Of a stretch of 64,000 nt of DNA, positions 17,848 to 27,987 are shown one piece after another. Each line of letters begins with the position of its first letter. Positions within the stretch are counted from its first letter, which is position 1. The stretch covers positions 25,549 to 89,548 of the forward strand of contig DAIRFP010000001.1 of the NCBI GenBank assembly GCA_036794995.1, read 5' to 3'. The notes under the pieces were generated by a model. That model made no database searches. It was not told where the DNA came from and saw only the letters and a list, made by a program, of their open reading frames with translations. The stretch comes from Thermodesulfobacteriota bacterium (GTDB lineage: Bacteria > Desulfobacterota > Binatia > UBA9968). Position numbers and translations under genes: made by a program.

Positions 17848-19326
17848 TCACAGCCTTTCGATGATTCGATAGCTACGGCTTTTCGGCTTGAGCGGCGCGA
17901 CGATGCCATTCTTCATCAAGCTGCGAATTTCCCTATAGGCGGTGTCGCGGTCGACTTCGGCGACCTGCTGATACTCCGCTGTCGAAAAGGTTTTGCCGTG
18001 GCAATAGGCATAAGCCAGCAGCCGCCGTTGGCGAAGGTTGATTTGAGCCCGCGGAAATTGGTTGAGCCAGCGCAGGGTATTCTCGTCATAAACGGGGGTG
18101 TTGCGCAAAGTAACAATGAAAAAAAATCCTTCAACGGAAAATTCCGGGGGGTGCAGACCGTGGTGTTCCATCTCCTGAAAAATCCTTGGTATGCCCTCGC
18201 CCATCTCCCGCAGATAACCAAGATCGGCCAGCACGCGTACGATCAGGGGATTGCGGGAGAAGTGAATGCTCTTGTGTTGACGCAATTGTTCAAGTGTAAC
18301 CGGTGAAGGGGGCGGGCCGGGACTGCGCACCTCAATGCGGTCATCGAACATCCAGACCTCGATGGAGGCCCCGGTGATGGCATAATCACGGTGCGCAACG
18401 GCGTTTACTAGGGTCTCTTGCCAGGCAAACGGGGGATACTCCATACGCTCACGAAAAAAGAGATCGTGGAGCACCGTCCGTTCCCGGACATGTTCCTTGA
18501 TTCGACCTACGGCCTCGTCGATGAGGCGCCCGAGTGGCACCTCGAATCGAATGCGCTTTACCACATTGAGCGCGGCACCGTGTTGTCTTTCGGTCCCCTC
18601 GTATCTCACGAAGTCGATGCCACAGCGGGGATGCCAAAGTATCGGGTCTTTAGCGAAGAGGAGGAGACCCGCTAGGTTGGGAATCGGTCTGCTTCGGGAA
18701 GTATCCAGCAAATGATAGGAGTGGGCGAGAATGACCTCCGGCGGCCTGGAGTCCCCAATTCGCGCCCTAAAGCGCGCAACGGCCGTCTGATCCAAATCAT
18801 CCCAGCCGGCGTTCAACGGTTGTTGTCTTTCGTAGAGAACGTTGCGTTTAGCTTCTCTGAGAGTCGCAATTTGTTCTCCGGGTAGCGACGGCGTTTCAGT
18901 GGCGATCCGACAAAAGGATCGGCCCCCTGTGACGCGGTGGACTTCCAGGGTAGGTGCCAGCAAGAACTTGATGAGCAGGAGGTTGCCGAGCCGAATCCTT
19001 TCCACTGACGGGTGAAGGGGCGGAGTGAGCAGCGTTTCTGGAGCCTGAATCAGACTTTGCAACTCCTCATGTTCATGAGGAATTCCGGTTACGCTCCGAT
19101 CCGGTTCCACCCCCACCAGCAGCGTTCCGCCATCGGCATTGGCCATGCCGGAAACAATGCGGACTATTTCCCGGGCGAGATCTGCACTGCTTTTCTCGTG
19201 GGTTCGGCCGCGCCGATACTCATAGGCGCTCACGAATTCCAAGAACTGTCCACGCTCTTGCTTGAGAAGAAGTCCGATTTCTTCCGCGCGCATGGCTGCT
19301 GGCCGGTTAGCGGTTAAACGATTCAC
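17848..19326 (-). CDS. COG2865-type protein: AlbA_2 (Schlafen-like) domain + HATPase_c_4-like domain + C-terminal wHTH
   Basis: 492 aa. The N-terminal FLEF...IVSGMANADGGTLLVGV block matches the AlbA_2 pattern. The central NAVAHRDY block matches HATPase_c_4. The C-terminal region looks HTH-like. Confidence 0.65.
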   Translation of the reverse strand: MNRLTANRPAAMRAEEIGLLLKQERGQFLEFVSAYEYRRGRTHEKSSADLAREIVRIVSGMANADGGTLLVGVEPDRSVTGIPHEHEELQSLIQAPETLLTPPLHPSVERIRLGNLLLIKFLLAPTLEVHRVTGGRSFCRIATETPSLPGEQIATLREAKRNVLYERQQPLNAGWDDLDQTAVARFRARIGDSRPPEVILAHSYHLLDTSRSRPIPNLAGLLLFAKDPILWHPRCGIDFVRYEGTERQHGAALNVVKRIRFEVPLGRLIDEAVGRIKEHVRERTVLHDLFFRERMEYPPFAWQETLVNAVAHRDYAITGASIEVWMFDDRIEVRSPGPPPSPVTLEQLRQHKSIHFSRNPLIVRVLADLGYLREMGEGIPRIFQEMEHHGLHPPEFSVEGFFFIVTLRNTPVYDENTLRWLNQFPRAQINLRQRRLLAYAYCHGKTFSTAEYQQVAEVDRDTAYREIRSLMKNGIVAPLKPKSRSYRIIERL

Positions 19327-19355
19327 CAGGCGAAAAAAAACGCTGATCCCCGCGA

Positions 19356-20504
19356 TTAGTGACCTGCACCGTTAAGCCTGACAATTTCTAGAACCATCTG
19401 CGCCGAGAGGTTGAGATCCTTCAGATCGAGCCATTCATGGACCGTATGGATTTCCCGCATGCCGGTAGATAGATTGGCGACCTCAAGCCCCTTTTGATTC
19501 AGCACGTTGGCGTCGCAGCCGCCGCCGGTGGCGAGGGTCTTCAGTTCGACATGGAGGTTCTCCGCAGCGGCCTGCACAAGTTGCACGATCATGGACTCGT
19601 CGGGAACGTGCATACGATCGTAGTCGCGGTCGATCTGGGCTTCAACCGTCGCTTGAAAACGCTTACCGTCCACTTCCAAAGAATGCTGGGCGGCCGCCTC
19701 ACGCAGGCACTGCAACATGTGCCAGGTCTGACGTTCCAATTTCTCTTCGCTGTGACTCCTGGCTTCAGCCCGGAGTACCACCGCGTTGGGAACGATATTC
19801 ACGGCCATGCCGCCTTCGATGACGCCGATGTTGGCGGTGGTTTCGTGGTCGATTCGCCCAAGCTGCATGCGCGCGATTCCTTCGGCTGCGACTTTGATCG
19901 CGTTGATTCCTTTCTCAGGGCACACACCGGCATGAGCCTCGAGGCCTCGGATATGAAACTCCATCCGATTGGCCGCGGGCGCCTTGGTGAATAAGAAGCC
20001 GACGGAGTCGCTGTCAAGCACTAACCCGGTTCGGGCGCGCAAGCGGCTCACGTCGAGACACTTCGCCCCGATGAGGCCGGCTTCCTCACAGATGGTGAAG
20101 ACAACGTCGATATCGCTGCAAGCAAGCTGATTCTCTTTGACGACGCGCAGAACTTCGCAAATGATGGCAACGCCGCTCTTGTCGTCGCCGCCCAAAACGG
20201 TCCTGCCATCGGTGCGTAAGATATCGCCCTCAAGGATCGGAAAAATGCCTTCCCCGGGAACCACCGTGTCCATATGCGCGGAAAGCAGCAGGGGGGGGGC
20301 TCCGGGCACGGTGCCGCGAAAATGAGCGATCAGGTTGCCGGTATCTCCACCGACCTTTTCTCCGGCGTCATCGAGCCAAACTTGCGCGCCGAGACTTTCC
20401 ATTTCTCGCTGCAAACGAACTGCAACGTTGCGTTCCCGGCGCGAGAGACTGTCGATCTTGATCAGTTCGATAAGGAGGTGTTTAAGTCTGTTTTGATTGA
20501 TCAA
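19356..20504 (-). CDS. M20/M25/M40 family metallopeptidase (PepT/tripeptidase-like)
   Basis: Motifs HMDTV, GGDDKSG and CEEAG. Likely start is the TTG at 20504 (MINQNRLKHLL...) with a GGGAGG SD 8 nt upstream; the ORF track extends to 20585. Confidence 0.8.
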   Translation of the reverse strand: MINQNRLKHLLIELIKIDSLSRRERNVAVRLQREMESLGAQVWLDDAGEKVGGDTGNLIAHFRGTVPGAPPLLLSAHMDTVVPGEGIFPILEGDILRTDGRTVLGGDDKSGVAIICEVLRVVKENQLACSDIDVVFTICEEAGLIGAKCLDVSRLRARTGLVLDSDSVGFLFTKAPAANRMEFHIRGLEAHAGVCPEKGINAIKVAAEGIARMQLGRIDHETTANIGVIEGGMAVNIVPNAVVLRAEARSHSEEKLERQTWHMLQCLREAAAQHSLEVDGKRFQATVEAQIDRDYDRMHVPDESMIVQLVQAAAENLHVELKTLATGGGCDANVLNQKGLEVANLSTGMREIHTVHEWLDLKDLNLSAQMVLEIVRLNGAGH

Positions 20505-20752
20505 AATGCTAACCTCCCACCTGGGGTACGGAACAGCTACGCGTGCGGTGTGGAGCTTTACAGACGTTCTCTTGACGCGGGTCACTGTGCCATAGTTCGC
20601 GGAGCAATGCCACTGCCGCCGTGGTACTTTGTGGCGCTTAGGGTGGCTCTCCCTGAGGTTGCTGTGAGTGATGAAAGGGTGCGAAAAAATTCTTAGCGAA
20701 TGGGAAGAATCCGAGGTCCTGAAGACCGCAAACAGTCCTTAGCAACCGAGTT

Positions 20753-22174
20753 TTACGACGATTCTCGGCGCGTTGTAAGCATATGGGTTGCGGTGCCATA
20801 GAAAGTTTCAGCGGCTTCCATCAGCGTTTCGGAGAGCGTGGGGTGCGGATGGACCGAATCCGCGAGATCCCTTGCGGTGGCTCCCATTTCAACCGCCAGG
20901 ACGCCTTCACTGATCAGCTCTCCAGCGCCCACTCCAGCGATACCAACACCGAGGATTCTTTCGGTCTCGGGATCGATGATCAATTTGGTCAATCCGTCCG
21001 TCCGGTCCAAACTCAGGGCTCTGCCGGAGGCACCCCACAAAAACTTGGTCACCTGGGTAGGAATCCCTTTCTGGTTGGCTTCCGTCTCCGTTAGCCCGCA
21101 CCAGGCGACTTCAGGATCGGTGTATACGACCGCCGGAATAACGATATTCTCAAACCCGCTGGTTTCTCCCAGCATCGCTTCTACGGCGATTCTCGCCTCT
21201 CTAAATGCCCGGTGAGCGAGGAGTATTCCGCCATTGACGTCGCCGATGGCATATATATTCGGATCGTCGGTCTGTTGTTGCGGATTGCATTTGATGAAAC
21301 CCTTGTCATCTTTCGTTACCCCGGTGTTTTGCAGCCCCAAGTCGCTGTAGTTCGGAGCGCGGCCCACACTGACCAAAACGCGATCATAGAGTTCTTCCCG
21401 CTGTTGTTTGTCAATTTCCATTGTCACTTTGATGTGCTTTCCTGCAGTCGCCATCTTGAGCACTTTGGTATTGACGCGGATCTCTCTGAAGGCTTTTTGC
21501 GCCGAGCGCCTGACGGGACGCACCAAGTCGGGATCGACCCCCGTCAATATGGAAGGCATGGCTTCGAGCACAACCACATTGCTGCCGAGGGCGGCATAAA
21601 CGGTACCCAATTCCATACCGATATAGCCGCCACCGACCACGAGCAGGTCATGGGGAATATCCTGAACTTCCAGCGCTTCTGTAGATGTCATGATTCTCTT
21701 ATTGCCGAGATCAAAGGCCGACGGCATTGCCGGCTTCGACCCCACAGCGATGATGGCTTTCTCGTAATTGATGAATTTTTGTCCTTCAGCAGTCTCGACC
21801 CGAAGGGTCTGGGAGTCTTCGAAATGGCCCCTGCCGTGAATCAGTTGCACGTGGCGCTTCTGGGCGAGACCTTTGATTCCTTGGCCTAATCGGTCAAGGA
21901 TCGACTCTTTCCAGGAGCGCAGTTTGTCGAGGTCAATTTTAGGTGCGCCGAATTCGATGCCGCGAGCGGCCGACTCCTTGGTCTCACGAAGTATCTCCGT
22001 CGCATGGAGTAGCGCCTTCGAGGGAACGCAGCCGCTGTTGAGACAGACGCCGCCCAGGCGGGGGCTCTGCTCTACCAGCGTTACCTTTTTGCCTTTGTCC
22101 GCCGCATAAAAGGCAGCGGTATATCCTCCCGGCCCGGCGCCAAGAACGACAATCTCGGTTTTGATAGGTTCCAT
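20753..22174 (-). CDS. lpdA: Dihydrolipoyl dehydrogenase (E3)
   Basis: 473 aa with FAD motif GAGPGGY, redox-active disulfide CLNSGCVPSK and a C-terminal HPTLSE interface motif. Last gene of the PDH operon. Confidence 0.95.
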   Translation of the reverse strand: MEPIKTEIVVLGAGPGGYTAAFYAADKGKKVTLVEQSPRLGGVCLNSGCVPSKALLHATEILRETKESAARGIEFGAPKIDLDKLRSWKESILDRLGQGIKGLAQKRHVQLIHGRGHFEDSQTLRVETAEGQKFINYEKAIIAVGSKPAMPSAFDLGNKRIMTSTEALEVQDIPHDLLVVGGGYIGMELGTVYAALGSNVVVLEAMPSILTGVDPDLVRPVRRSAQKAFREIRVNTKVLKMATAGKHIKVTMEIDKQQREELYDRVLVSVGRAPNYSDLGLQNTGVTKDDKGFIKCNPQQQTDDPNIYAIGDVNGGILLAHRAFREARIAVEAMLGETSGFENIVIPAVVYTDPEVAWCGLTETEANQKGIPTQVTKFLWGASGRALSLDRTDGLTKLIIDPETERILGVGIAGVGAGELISEGVLAVEMGATARDLADSVHPHPTLSETLMEAAETFYGTATHMLTTRRESS

Positions 22175-22180
22175 GTCTGT

Positions 22181-23503
22181 CTACTTGAGCTTTACTTCGC
22201 CTTCGGGAAAGTTTTCCAGGCCGCTGATGATTTCCTTTAGAAACCGCACCGCATCAGCGCCGTCGAGCACGCGATGATCGTAGGCGAGGCAAAGGGGGAG
22301 CAGGTTGCGAACGGTAATTTTCTTGTCTCTGGCGATGGGTTTCGGTTGTCCTTGGCCGACGCCTAAGATCGCCACTTGAGGGGCATAAATAATCGGTGTG
22401 AAATGACTTCCGCCAATACTCCCTTGGTTGGAGATCGTAAAGGTGCCGCCTTGAAGCTCTTCCAAAGAGACTTTCCGTTGCCGGGTTTTTTCCGTGAGCT
22501 CGTGGAGCTCTTTGGAAAGCTCGAGTAGAGGCTTCTTGTCCACATTGTGCAGCACCGGAACAATAAGACCGCCTTCGGTATCGACGGCGACGCCAATGTG
22601 GAAATAGTCCTTATAGACCATCTCGCTCGTTGATTCGTCGATGCTGGAGTTGGCGCGGGGATATTTTTGCAGGGCGCCGGCAACGATTTTGAGGAGAAAC
22701 GAAGTCAAGGTTAATCGCGATCCATGCTTCTCGTAGTCGGCGGCATACTTCTTTCGCACAGTCAGGAGATCGGTAATATCGGCATCGTCGAACTGGTTGA
22801 TTTTGGGAATCGCTGTCCAAGACTCTACCATTCGGCGGCTTACGGTTCGTCGCAAAGGGGACATGCGTTCACGGCGAACAGGTCCCCACTTGCTGAAGTC
22901 GATGGGTGCGGCTGGCGGCGCCGCTTCGGATGGAGCAGGCGAAGCCGTGCCTGGCGGCTGCCCTTTGGCTCCTTCCAGGGACAGTTGTTGCAGTTGCTGA
23001 ATATAGGCGCGTAGATCGGCAAGCGCTATTCTGCCGCCGGCTTCGCTGCCTTTGACCCGTGTGAGATCGATACCAAGCTCGCGAGCGATCTTGCGGATCG
23101 ACGGAGGCGCCGGTGGCGGCGCGCCGCTTTTGGATTCGTATCGGTAATCTTCCGCTTGTGCCGCCACTTTAGCCTCGCGGGCCGCAGGTAAAGGCGTCGC
23201 ACGGCGAGTTTCTACCTCGGCGGGATTGGTGCGTTCGTGGGGGAGCGGCGCGTTACCGGTCGCAAGTTTGTTCTCCGTGGATATGGAGATGAGCAGTTGG
23301 CCGACGGCGACCTCCATTCCGTCTTTCACGTGAATCTTGCTCACGACGCCGGATTCCGGAGAAGGGATGGAGCCCACGGCCTTTTGAGTTTCCAACTCTA
23401 TGAAAGGTTGGTCTTTTTTGATCTCCTGCCCCTCGGAGACCAAAATGTTAACGACGATTCCTGACTCTACGCCTTCAGCCAGTCGCGGAAGTTTGACGTC
23501 CAT
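22181..23503 (-). CDS. aceF: Dihydrolipoamide acetyltransferase (E2), single lipoyl domain
   Basis: 440 aa with a lipoyl-lysine motif (ELETQKA), a Pro/Ala linker, a subunit-binding domain (PSIRKIARELGIDL) and the catalytic DHRVLDGA. Confidence 0.9.
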   Translation of the reverse strand: MDVKLPRLAEGVESGIVVNILVSEGQEIKKDQPFIELETQKAVGSIPSPESGVVSKIHVKDGMEVAVGQLLISISTENKLATGNAPLPHERTNPAEVETRRATPLPAAREAKVAAQAEDYRYESKSGAPPPAPPSIRKIARELGIDLTRVKGSEAGGRIALADLRAYIQQLQQLSLEGAKGQPPGTASPAPSEAAPPAAPIDFSKWGPVRRERMSPLRRTVSRRMVESWTAIPKINQFDDADITDLLTVRKKYAADYEKHGSRLTLTSFLLKIVAGALQKYPRANSSIDESTSEMVYKDYFHIGVAVDTEGGLIVPVLHNVDKKPLLELSKELHELTEKTRQRKVSLEELQGGTFTISNQGSIGGSHFTPIIYAPQVAILGVGQGQPKPIARDKKITVRNLLPLCLAYDHRVLDGADAVRFLKEIISGLENFPEGEVKLK

Positions 23504-23529
23504 TGGAGAGTTTGCGAGTTAAGTGCAAA

Positions 23530-26256
23530 TCAGAGGTAAAAGGGAAAAGACTTTTCGGGGTTGATCCCCAGCTTTCTGATCGCTGCATCGACCGTTTGTG
23601 CGGGCAGGGCGCCCTTTTGATAGAGAGCATACAGCGTCGCGACGGCGGTTGATTCCGCATCCACTTCGAAAAAACGCCGTAGAGTCGGGCGAGTATCACT
23701 GCGGCCGAAACCATCCGTTCCTAGGGTGGTGAGACCCCCAGGTATCCACGGAGCGATTTGGTCCGGTACTATTTTCATATAGTCCGACACGGCGACGAAT
23801 GCGCCCGCTTCGTTTTGCAGCAGTGATTCCAAATAGGATTTTTTCTGGGGCGCCAAGGGATGCAACATATTCCAGCGTTTAACATTGAGGGCATCGCCGC
23901 GTAGGAGCTTATAACTCGTAGCGCTCCACACGTCGGCTGAAACGTCGAACTGTTCGGCCAATATTTGCTGAGCCCGGAGAGCTTCTCTCAGCAATGGTCC
24001 GCTGCCTAAGATATGAGCTTTATGGGTTTTTCCTTTCTCGGCTGCCTTGAATTTATAGAGCCCTTTCAAAATACCTTCTTCGACGCCGTTGGGCATTTCC
24101 GGCATCTCGTAGCTTTCATTGTAAAGGGTCAGATAGTAGAAGAATTCCTCGCCTTCCCCGTAAAGCCGCCGCAGGCCATCGCGTACGATGACGGCTATTT
24201 CATAGGCAAATCCGGGGTCATAGGTTAACAACGTCGGAATCGTGCTCGCAAGAATGTGGCTATGACCGTCCTGGTGCTGCAATCCTTCGCCATTTAAAGT
24301 CGTTCGCCCCGCCGTGGCGCCCAACAGAAATCCCTTGGCTTTGATGTCACCCGCCGCCCACATCAAATCGCCGATGCGCTGGAACCCGAACATAGAGTAA
24401 TAAAAATAGAAAGGAATCATCTGGATACCCAAGTTAGCGTAGGCCGTGCCGGCGGCGATGAAGGAAGACATGGCGCCGGCCTCGGTGATTCCTTCTTCAA
24501 GGATCTGGCCGTCCTTGGCCTCGTTGTAATACAAGAGTGTTTCGCGATCCACCGGCTCATAAAGCTGTCCTTTGGGAGAGTAGATGCCGATCTGGCGGAA
24601 AAGCGCGTCCATTCCGAAAGTTCTCGCCTCATCGGGGATGATCGGGACGATGCGTTTGCCGATTTCTTCGTGGCGCAGGAGCTTGGTCAATAGACGCACC
24701 ATGGCTGATGTCGTCGACAGGGTATGTTGACCGGAGCCTTTGAAGAATTCCGTGTAGTGACTCAGGTCTGGAAGAGTCAACCGAGATGCCATCACTTTGC
24801 GCTCCGGAACAAATCCACCGAGTTGCTTCCGCCGCTCCAGCACATACTGTGTTTCCGCACTATCGAGGGGCGGCCGGTAGAAGGGTGTCTCAACGACCTC
24901 TTCGTCCGCTAGGGGTATGTCGAAGCGCGTACGAAACTCGCGCAGCTCGCGTTCGTTAAGCTTCTTTTGCTGGTGCGTGATGTTACGTCCCTCACCGGCT
25001 TCGCCCAGCCCGTATCCCTTGACCGTCTTGGCCAGGATGACGGTGGGGTGGGCTCTATGAGCGACGGCGGCCCGGTAAGCTGCGTACACTTTTTTGGGGT
25101 CGTGACCTCCGCGCAGCAGCTTGTGAATCTCATCGTCAGTCAAGTGGTTGACCATTTCCAGGAGCGCAGGGTACTTTCCGAAGAAATGCTTGCGCGTGTA
25201 GCTACCCGGTTCAACAGAGTATTTCTGGTAGTCTCCATCCACCGCTTCCTCCATGCGTTTCACCAGCAGGCCGCTATCGTCGGCGGCGAGCAGCGGATCC
25301 CAATCCGAGCCCCAGACCACCTTGATGACGTTCCATCCGGCACCGCGAAAGATCGACTCTAGCTCCTGGATAATTTTCCCATTGCCTCTCACCGGACCGT
25401 CCAAACGCTGCAAGTTGCAGTTTACCACCCAGATTAGGTTGTCCAGATTTTCTCGCCCTGCCAGCGATAACGCGCCCTGTGCTTCAGGTTCGTCCATCTC
25501 GCCGTCGCCGACAAAACACCACACTTTGGGCTGCTCGGCCGTGAGTAGACCACGGCTCTCGAGGTAGCGATTGAAGCGAGCCTGATAGATGGACATGATT
25601 GGGGCGAGTCCCATGGAGACGGAAGGGAACTGCCAAAAATTTGCTATCAGATAGGGATGGGGATAGGACGACAAGCCCCCCACCGGAGCCAACTCCTGGC
25701 GGAAATGATGGAGCTTGGGGGCATTGATGCGCCATTCGATATAAGCTCTGGAGTAGGCGCCAGGTGAGGCGTGTCCTTGAAAATAAACCATATCGGCCAA
25801 GCCGGCGCCATCGCCGCCACGAAAGAAGTGGTTGAGGCCGACTTCGTAGAGAGTTGCGGAAGAAGCATAGGTGGATATGTGGCCGCCGATATCAGGGTGG
25901 AGCCGATTGGCTTTCACCACCATGGCCAGGGCGTTCCAGCGTACGTAACTCTTGATGCGCCGCTCGATTTCGCGGATGCCGGGATAGACGGGCTCCCTTT
26001 CCGCCGCGATCGTGTTGATGTAAGGGGTATTGACGGCGTAGGGAATCTTCAGTCCAGACTCCCTGAGTCTCTCGATTAGCTCTTCAATCAGGAGCGTGGC
26101 TTGCTCTGATTCTTCGTTCTTGAGAATATACTCGAGAATGTATTCCAGCGAGGCGACCCATTTATGCTTTTCGTTCTTGAGCCCTTTATTATTATTGTTT
26201 TCGCGAGGGCTGTTAACTTCTGCACCATCCGTTGCGTCCTTTTTTTCGGCTTCCAT
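23530..26256 (-). CDS. aceE: Pyruvate dehydrogenase E1 component, homodimeric type
   Basis: 908 aa. Length and sequence are typical of AceE-type E1 (ThDP motif region GDGEMDEPE...NCNLQRLDGP). AGGAGAG SD. Confidence 0.95.
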   Translation of the reverse strand: MEAEKKDATDGAEVNSPRENNNNKGLKNEKHKWVASLEYILEYILKNEESEQATLLIEELIERLRESGLKIPYAVNTPYINTIAAEREPVYPGIREIERRIKSYVRWNALAMVVKANRLHPDIGGHISTYASSATLYEVGLNHFFRGGDGAGLADMVYFQGHASPGAYSRAYIEWRINAPKLHHFRQELAPVGGLSSYPHPYLIANFWQFPSVSMGLAPIMSIYQARFNRYLESRGLLTAEQPKVWCFVGDGEMDEPEAQGALSLAGRENLDNLIWVVNCNLQRLDGPVRGNGKIIQELESIFRGAGWNVIKVVWGSDWDPLLAADDSGLLVKRMEEAVDGDYQKYSVEPGSYTRKHFFGKYPALLEMVNHLTDDEIHKLLRGGHDPKKVYAAYRAAVAHRAHPTVILAKTVKGYGLGEAGEGRNITHQQKKLNERELREFRTRFDIPLADEEVVETPFYRPPLDSAETQYVLERRKQLGGFVPERKVMASRLTLPDLSHYTEFFKGSGQHTLSTTSAMVRLLTKLLRHEEIGKRIVPIIPDEARTFGMDALFRQIGIYSPKGQLYEPVDRETLLYYNEAKDGQILEEGITEAGAMSSFIAAGTAYANLGIQMIPFYFYYSMFGFQRIGDLMWAAGDIKAKGFLLGATAGRTTLNGEGLQHQDGHSHILASTIPTLLTYDPGFAYEIAVIVRDGLRRLYGEGEEFFYYLTLYNESYEMPEMPNGVEEGILKGLYKFKAAEKGKTHKAHILGSGPLLREALRAQQILAEQFDVSADVWSATSYKLLRGDALNVKRWNMLHPLAPQKKSYLESLLQNEAGAFVAVSDYMKIVPDQIAPWIPGGLTTLGTDGFGRSDTRPTLRRFFEVDAESTAVATLYALYQKGALPAQTVDAAIRKLGINPEKSFPFYL

Positions 26257-26312
26257 CTGACTCTCCTAAATTGTAACAGACAACAAAATAAAACCAAAAG
26301 CAACACGATGTC

Positions 26313-27032
26313 GTGAAATATCTCGACTTAACTTTCTCTGATCCCGCGAGCAATCTCGCTTGTGATGAAGCGCTGCTGGAGCGCTGTGAAAACAGCGAGG
26401 GAGATGGCTTCTTGCGGCTCTGGGAGCCCGATCATCACTTCGTCGTTGTCGGCTATTCCAATAAAGTCTCAACCGAGGTCAATGTTACTGCATGCGATGC
26501 CAAAGGTATACCTATACTGAGACGCTTCAGTGGCGGTGGGACCGTACTGCAGGGGCCGGGCTGCTTGAACTATGCTTTAGCCGTGAAAAGTCACGCCCTG
26601 GGGATTCCCGCTGATCTTACGGATTCGTACCGTTTTGTGCTGGGACGTCATCTTAATTGTTTTGCAGCTCACGGTTCTGAAGCCGTTCAAGTTCAAGGGA
26701 TTAGCGATCTTGCGCTCGAGGGGCGGAAGTTTTCGGGTAACGCCCAGCACCGGAAACGGCTTTGCAGCCTGTTTCATGGGACCATTCTCTACCGTTTCGA
26801 CTTATCGCTTATCGAATCCTGTTTGAGCATGCCGTCTAAGCAGCCAGCCTATCGGCATGGCCGCTCTCATGGAGCTTTCTTATGCAACTTGAAGATCGCG
26901 GCCGACGATATTCGTCGTGCGCTCAGGCGGGAATGGGGGGCGGAAGAAAAACTCCGAGAGATCCCTTTTGAGAGGATCAAAGTGCTGGTGCGCGAGCGCT
27001 ATGCCCGCAATGAGTGGAATCTCAAGTATTAG
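26313..27032 (+). CDS. Lipoate/octanoate-protein ligase family protein (BPL/LPL catalytic domain only)
   Basis: 239 aa with RRFSGGGTV and GRKFSGNAQ motifs typical of the LplA/LipM catalytic domain. Divergent from the PDH operon. GTG start. Confidence 0.75.
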   Translation: MKYLDLTFSDPASNLACDEALLERCENSEGDGFLRLWEPDHHFVVVGYSNKVSTEVNVTACDAKGIPILRRFSGGGTVLQGPGCLNYALAVKSHALGIPADLTDSYRFVLGRHLNCFAAHGSEAVQVQGISDLALEGRKFSGNAQHRKRLCSLFHGTILYRFDLSLIESCLSMPSKQPAYRHGRSHGAFLCNLKIAADDIRRALRREWGAEEKLREIPFERIKVLVRERYARNEWNLKY

Positions 27033-27134
27033 CCTTGCGCGCTGATCCGATCGGTGCCCGTTCCTACGGCGAGAAACGGTCTCGCCGGGCCGAAATCCGT
27101 CGCGTCTGGCGTTACAACAAGACTTGCTGGACTT

Positions 27135-27211
27135 TGGTGGCGGTGGGCGGATTCGAACCGCCGACGCCGCGGATATGAGCCGCGTGCTCTGACCAACTGA
27201 GCTACACCGCC
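27135..27211 (-). tRNA. tRNA-Met (anticodon CAU), elongator-type, CCA encoded
   Basis: Minus strand reads GGCGGTGTAGCTCAGTTGGTCAGAGCACGCGGCTCATATCCGCGGCGTCGGCGGTTCGAATCCGCCCACCGCCACCA. Cloverleaf folds cleanly, anticodon loop is CUCAUAU, and 1-72 is a G-C pair, so it is not an initiator. A lysidine-modified Ile2 identity cannot be excluded. Confidence 0.9.
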
Positions 27212-27282
27212 GTGTGACCGTAGTGACCTTTATAAACTATGACGGGTTAGAAAAAAGATCAAGCTTCGGCAATGCATGATGT

Positions 27283-27987
27283 CTAACTCCACTGGTCCGC
27301 AGCGACGATCCGTGTCACCTGCTTATGCCCTCGGCTGATTTGATAAAGCACCTTATCGACGATCTCCAGGCAACTGAGTTTGTTGCCGTACACAAGGCCG
27401 GTATCGAGGCCGATTTTGAAGGGTAGATCAAAGAGCACGGAATTTCGGGGCGTGTGTCCGAACACTACGGTGTAAGGAAGCCTGTGGGGATGGCTGATAA
27501 ACTCATTGCGGATCCAGAGAAGATCGGTATCGGTTTGCTTCTCTAAGGTCTTCAACGGGTGAATGCCGGCATGGACCAAGATGAATGGCGCCATGACAAA
27601 GTAACGTTTTAGGTTCTTGAGAAACTCGATATGATCTGGGGCAATTCGTGCAAGGGTATCGTCTAACGAAATTTGTTTTGGTTTTATACCGTAACTGTAA
27701 AGTGTTGCCAGCCCGCCATTATATAAGAACATGTCACCGTGCTGACCAGGCAGGCCAAGGTAAGCCATAAACATGTCTTCATGATTACCTTTTAAGCAGA
27801 TTAGCTCCAGATCCTTCCGTTTCTGCAACTCCAGAATGTAGGTCAAGACACCCTTCGAATTAGGCCCCCGATCCACATAATCTCCCAGGAAAACCAGGCG
27901 GTCACCGGATTCCAGTGGGAGACCCTCGATCAGGTATGCCAACTCGTCAAGGCATCCGTGTATATCTCCGATCACGTAACAACGCAT
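27283..27987 (-). CDS. Metallophosphoesterase (PPP-family Ser/Thr phosphatase / ApaH-like)
   Basis: Motifs GDIHG, GDYVDRGP and GNHE in canonical order. 234 aa. Confidence 0.85.
   Translation of the reverse strand: MRCYVIGDIHGCLDELAYLIEGLPLESGDRLVFLGDYVDRGPNSKGVLTYILELQKRKDLELICLKGNHEDMFMAYLGLPGQHGDMFLYNGGLATLYSYGIKPKQISLDDTLARIAPDHIEFLKNLKRYFVMAPFILVHAGIHPLKTLEKQTDTDLLWIRNEFISHPHRLPYTVVFGHTPRNSVLFDLPFKIGLDTGLVYGNKLSCLEIVDKVLYQISRGHKQVTRIVAADQWS

Noticed and set aside
27135-27211. Possibility that the CAU tRNA is the initiator tRNA-fMet, or that the tRNAs mark integration sites of islands
   Set aside because: The 1-72 G-C pair and the lack of three consecutive G-C pairs at the base of the anticodon stem argue against an initiator. 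No integrase, direct repeat of the tRNA 3' end or other mobile-element gene is seen next to either tRNA.
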